Shown here: in pieces, positions 61,016 through 64,000 of the stretch
Layout: each line of letters begins with the position of its first letter
How positions within the stretch are numbered: position 1 is the stretch's first letter
Position numbers and translations under genes: made by a program
Notes under the pieces: generated by a model
What the model was told of the DNA's origin: nothing
Databases searched by the model: none
What the model saw: only the letters and a program-made list of their open reading frames with translations
NCBI GenBank assembly: GCA_048939015.1
Contig: JBHLPW010000005.1
Span: forward strand, 52,719 to 116,718
Length of the DNA: 64,000 bases
From: Promethearchaeota archaeon
GTDB lineage: Archaea > Asgardarchaeota > Lokiarchaeia > Sigyniarchaeales > SOKP01
Reading direction: 5' to 3'

Positions 61016-61843
61016 TTATAAATCTTCTTCATCCCTTCTATAGAGAGATGGTGGTATATGTACACTTTCTATAGGTTTACTTTTTAATTTCTGAATAAAA
61101 ACCTCTAACTCCATCTTAGCATTTTCTATAGATGATTCAATCTCTTCCTTAACTTTCTCTTCTCCAAGAACATAATCACCATGACTTGGAAAGAAACTAT
61201 TGATTCTCAATGTATTTAGAATATGTAAAGAGTTGATATATTCAGAAATTGAACCGGACTCATAAATATTAGAAATTGCTCCCTTATACAATGTATCACC
61301 GGTAAAGATATAATTCCTTACAGGTTCATAAAGACAAATGCAACCAGAGGTGTGACCCGGTGTTTCAATAATTTTTAACACCACATTACCCAAATCAATT
61401 ATATTTCTATCTTCAAGCCAAATATTAATTTTCAAATTCGATAAATCCACACCCCATTTTTTTCCTTTAGTAATTAACTCATCAGTATGCTGGATTTTTG
61501 TAGCGGCCCATCTGTGTGCAGCAATAGGACAATGAAGATAAGCATTCGAGCTTATATGATCAAAATGTTCATGAGTATTGATCACTAAGTTAATATCTTC
61601 AATTTTTAATCCTATTTCAGTCGTAAGCAGATAATTAAAGCTATTAAATTTAGTAATTATTCCCGTATCTATTAGTAGATTTAGATTTTCTCCAATAATT
61701 AAATAAACATGACAACCAGGTCCTCTTGTATAAAATTGATATACATTTGGTTTTATAAGGTTAAGAGAATAGCCCGCTTTCCCATAAAGATCATCTTCTT
61801 TAATTAACCGTGGTTGAAACAAGCCTGAATTATTATTTGACAT
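61016..61843 (-). CDS. Metallo-beta-lactamase-fold hydrolase
   Basis: IDTG, THEHFDH, TPGHT, TGD, PSHG. Confidence 0.92.
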   Translation of the reverse strand: MSNNNSGLFQPRLIKEDDLYGKAGYSLNLIKPNVYQFYTRGPGCHVYLIIGENLNLLIDTGIITKFNSFNYLLTTEIGLKIEDINLVINTHEHFDHISSNAYLHCPIAAHRWAATKIQHTDELITKGKKWGVDLSNLKINIWLEDRNIIDLGNVVLKIIETPGHTSGCICLYEPVRNYIFTGDTLYKGAISNIYESGSISEYINSLHILNTLRINSFFPSHGDYVLGEEKVKEEIESSIENAKMELEVFIQKLKSKPIESVHIPPSLYRRDEEDL

Positions 61844-61948
61844 GTTGCTTCACGATAGAATTTATATACTCACAATTTGATTTTCATAAGCAAGGTTCAA
61901 TAATAATATAAAAATCATAGTTAGAATTAAAAGTACACTTTTTTTAAT

Positions 61949-63352
61949 TTAAAGATCTAATTCCTTAAGTTTAATAGCATTTGCATCAATATCTTCTTGT
62001 TTTAACTTATAAAACCTCCAAAATATAAAGGCTCCAGAAAACATGATAATCATTGGAAAAACTGAAACCTGAAGTCTCAATCCGAACAATGCTAATTCAC
62101 TAGTTGCTCCTGATTCATATCCTGTTAAAAGATTAACAAGCCAAAAAACAAAAGCGTTTATAGCTATTCCAAATCGTGAGAAAAAGACATGAGTCCCTTG
62201 ATAAATACCTTCTTTTCTTCTCCCTGATTTAAGTGTTGCACTATCTATTATGCTTGAAAAGAGAGGCATAGTCATACTGATTATAGCTCCATCAACAAAT
62301 CCAGCAGTAATAAATATTACGATTACAAGCGGTAGTCCTGATGGTCCTAATGGAACAAATAATAAAGGAACTCCCATCAAACCTAGTAAAAGTGCCCCTA
62401 TTAAAGCTACTTTTTTTATCCCTAATTTATATGATAATTTATACCATATATATGCGGCCCCAATTACAGCAAATATATAAGCAAGAGTAATCAATTCTCC
62501 CAGCTTAGGTAACTGCAATATATCTTGTACAAAAAAGGGAATTGAGGCCATAATAATCCCCATAGACGTAGTATACACAGTATAAAGTGCCATATAGCCA
62601 ATGAAATTATTATTCTTCAATGTTTCTACCAATCCACGGAAAAATGGTTCTCTCTCAACACTAAAGTTTAGACGATTACGTCTATCTCGCATTTCTTTAT
62701 CTTCTCGAACTCCAGGGACCATTAGAAATACAAAGATTAACGCTAGCCCCGTAGCAGTTATCGCTTGGAAGGGATAACCTAAATCTGGTCCTAACTCATC
62801 AATTGTTAAGACAGGTATCAAAACACCTAATAAAATACCCAAAGTTTCAAGAACAGTCGTAATAGCTCCTCCTATTTTTCGATCTTTGTCACTTCGAAAT
62901 TTATCAGGAAATAATCCAACCCGATTAACATCCATCAAGGAAAAAGCAGTATCATTAATAGATTGAACTGTGAGAAACCAAAAGAATACACCCAATTGAC
63001 CCACTAAAATCACTGAAGGAGCAGTGTACAGAAACAACGGAATAATCGCCCAAGGGATAGCTCCAATCATAATAAAAGGAAATCTTTTCCCCCAACGCTT
63101 AGTGAGTCTAGACGACCTGTCACTAAGATAACCAAGTAAAGGATCATTAAACATATTGTAGACAGTAAAGATGATCTGAGCAAGTAAAAAATAAGTTAAA
63201 TTTAATCCAATATAAGAAATATAATAATACGTTAGCTGTTGACCATAAATTTGACTAAACATTAATCCTACTAAATTTCCTAATTGAAATGAAGCAATTG
63301 TTCTTTTCCGATATCTTTTTATTCCCAAATCTTGAGTCTCTTTATTAATCAT
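61949..63352 (-). CDS. GPH-family (MelB-like) MFS sugar/cation symporter
   Basis: NDPLLGYLSDR...WGKRFPF, IID...GRRKEGIY; about 12 TM. Confidence 0.9.
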   Translation of the reverse strand: MINKETQDLGIKRYRKRTIASFQLGNLVGLMFSQIYGQQLTYYYISYIGLNLTYFLLAQIIFTVYNMFNDPLLGYLSDRSSRLTKRWGKRFPFIMIGAIPWAIIPLFLYTAPSVILVGQLGVFFWFLTVQSINDTAFSLMDVNRVGLFPDKFRSDKDRKIGGAITTVLETLGILLGVLIPVLTIDELGPDLGYPFQAITATGLALIFVFLMVPGVREDKEMRDRRNRLNFSVEREPFFRGLVETLKNNNFIGYMALYTVYTTSMGIIMASIPFFVQDILQLPKLGELITLAYIFAVIGAAYIWYKLSYKLGIKKVALIGALLLGLMGVPLLFVPLGPSGLPLVIVIFITAGFVDGAIISMTMPLFSSIIDSATLKSGRRKEGIYQGTHVFFSRFGIAINAFVFWLVNLLTGYESGATSELALFGLRLQVSVFPMIIMFSGAFIFWRFYKLKQEDIDANAIKLKELDL

Positions 63353-63501
63353 TATTTTGATATCCCATTTGGTAATTTATTTTAGTTATTTTCTTTAGTT
63401 TAAAAACCTTGATATAAAGAATTACGTTTCTTATTTAATATGATTAGGATTGTGAGAATGAAACCCTCTGAGATTTAAATAAGTTGATTTGATTTTTAAA
63501 T

Positions 63502-63999
63502 TCAAGGAAATTTAAATCGTTTCTTGAACTGTTCCCAACTTTTTGTATCTAAAGGGTTTTCATTTAAAAATAAGAAATTAAGACCTTTCAAGCATTCTAT
63601 GTCTTCACTTTTAAATTGTGTTATTTGATTTCGTCCTATATGCAAAATAATTAAACTATTTAAACCCTCTAATCCCTCTAATAACTTTATTTTATTATTA
63701 TCCAGATATAATTCTTGTAAATTATTTAAAGTATTTAATCCTTCTATTTTGGTAATATTATTGTTTGATAATTCTATCTTCTTCAGGTTTAATAAATTAT
63801 CAAGAGATTCAATATTATTAATTAAGTTATTTGAGAGGTATAATCCTTTAAGTTTGTGAAGAAATGATAAACCTCTAATTTGAGTAATATTATTGTTATT
63901 AAGATATAACCACATCAAATTTTTTATATTATTAAGCCCTTTTATTTGCTCAATTTGATTATACGCAAGATTTAATCTATTTAATTGTACTAAATCGTT
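63502..63999 (-). CDS. SDS22-like leucine-rich-repeat protein (5' end outside the window)
   Basis: 22-aa LxxLxLxxNxIxxIxGL repeats. The frame is open to the window edge (NDLVQLNRLNLAYNQIEQIKGLNNIKNL...), so the track's start at 63918 is internal. Confidence 0.9.
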   Translation of the reverse strand, partial: NDLVQLNRLNLAYNQIEQIKGLNNIKNLMWLYLNNNNITQIRGLSFLHKLKGLYLSNNLINNIESLDNLLNLKKIELSNNNITKIEGLNTLNNLQELYLDNNKIKLLEGLEGLNSLIILHIGRNQITQFKSEDIECLKGLNFLFLNENPLDTKSWEQFKKRFKFP

Positions 64000-64000
64000 A

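Noticed and set aside
1254-62480. Many 60-145-aa ORFs nested in or antisense to long genes (e.g. 15229..15666, 7528..7857, 34540..34845, 54550..54852)
   Set aside because: They overlap well-supported genes, lack motifs, and have the Ser/Ile/Phe-rich composition of antisense frames.
1-64000. CRISPR array, IS element, integrase or tRNA-anchored island
   Set aside because: No regularly spaced repeats, transposase/integrase ORFs or duplicated tRNA 3' end (att site) were seen by eye; a computational repeat search was not possible.

Overview
Gene-dense, AT-rich archaeal chromosomal segment. It is most consistent with an Asgard archaeon (Lokiarchaeia/Promethearchaeota-like): archaeal information-processing genes (cdc48, fen1, nob1, aIF5A, srp54, hef, rpo6, herA, an intron-containing tRNA) sit beside eukaryote-signature-type genes (two Rab-like GTPases, a roadblock protein, an SDS22-like LRR protein). 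The taxonomy is inferred from gene content only. No CRISPR array, rRNA, transposase or integrase is visible. The most unusual elements are: (1) a 1835-aa SIR2-TPR protein with intact NADase-type motifs; (2) a fusion-rich cluster at 25-34 kb (2-hydroxyacid dehydrogenase-class II aldolase fusion, membrane-anchored SCP2 protein, divergent FGGY kinase, catalytically degenerate DapA barrel fused to an APH-type kinase, HAL2-like phosphatase); (3) a stand-alone AbiEii/MenT-like nucleotidyltransferase; (4) tRNA-Val(CAC) with a non-canonical 28/29 intron; (5) Rab-like GTPases with a switch-II Q-to-E change and C-terminal zinc ribbons; (6) a tandem MFS duplication that kept its upstream repeats and shows a likely gene-conversion tract. 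All family calls come from motif recognition by eye; no database searches were run.
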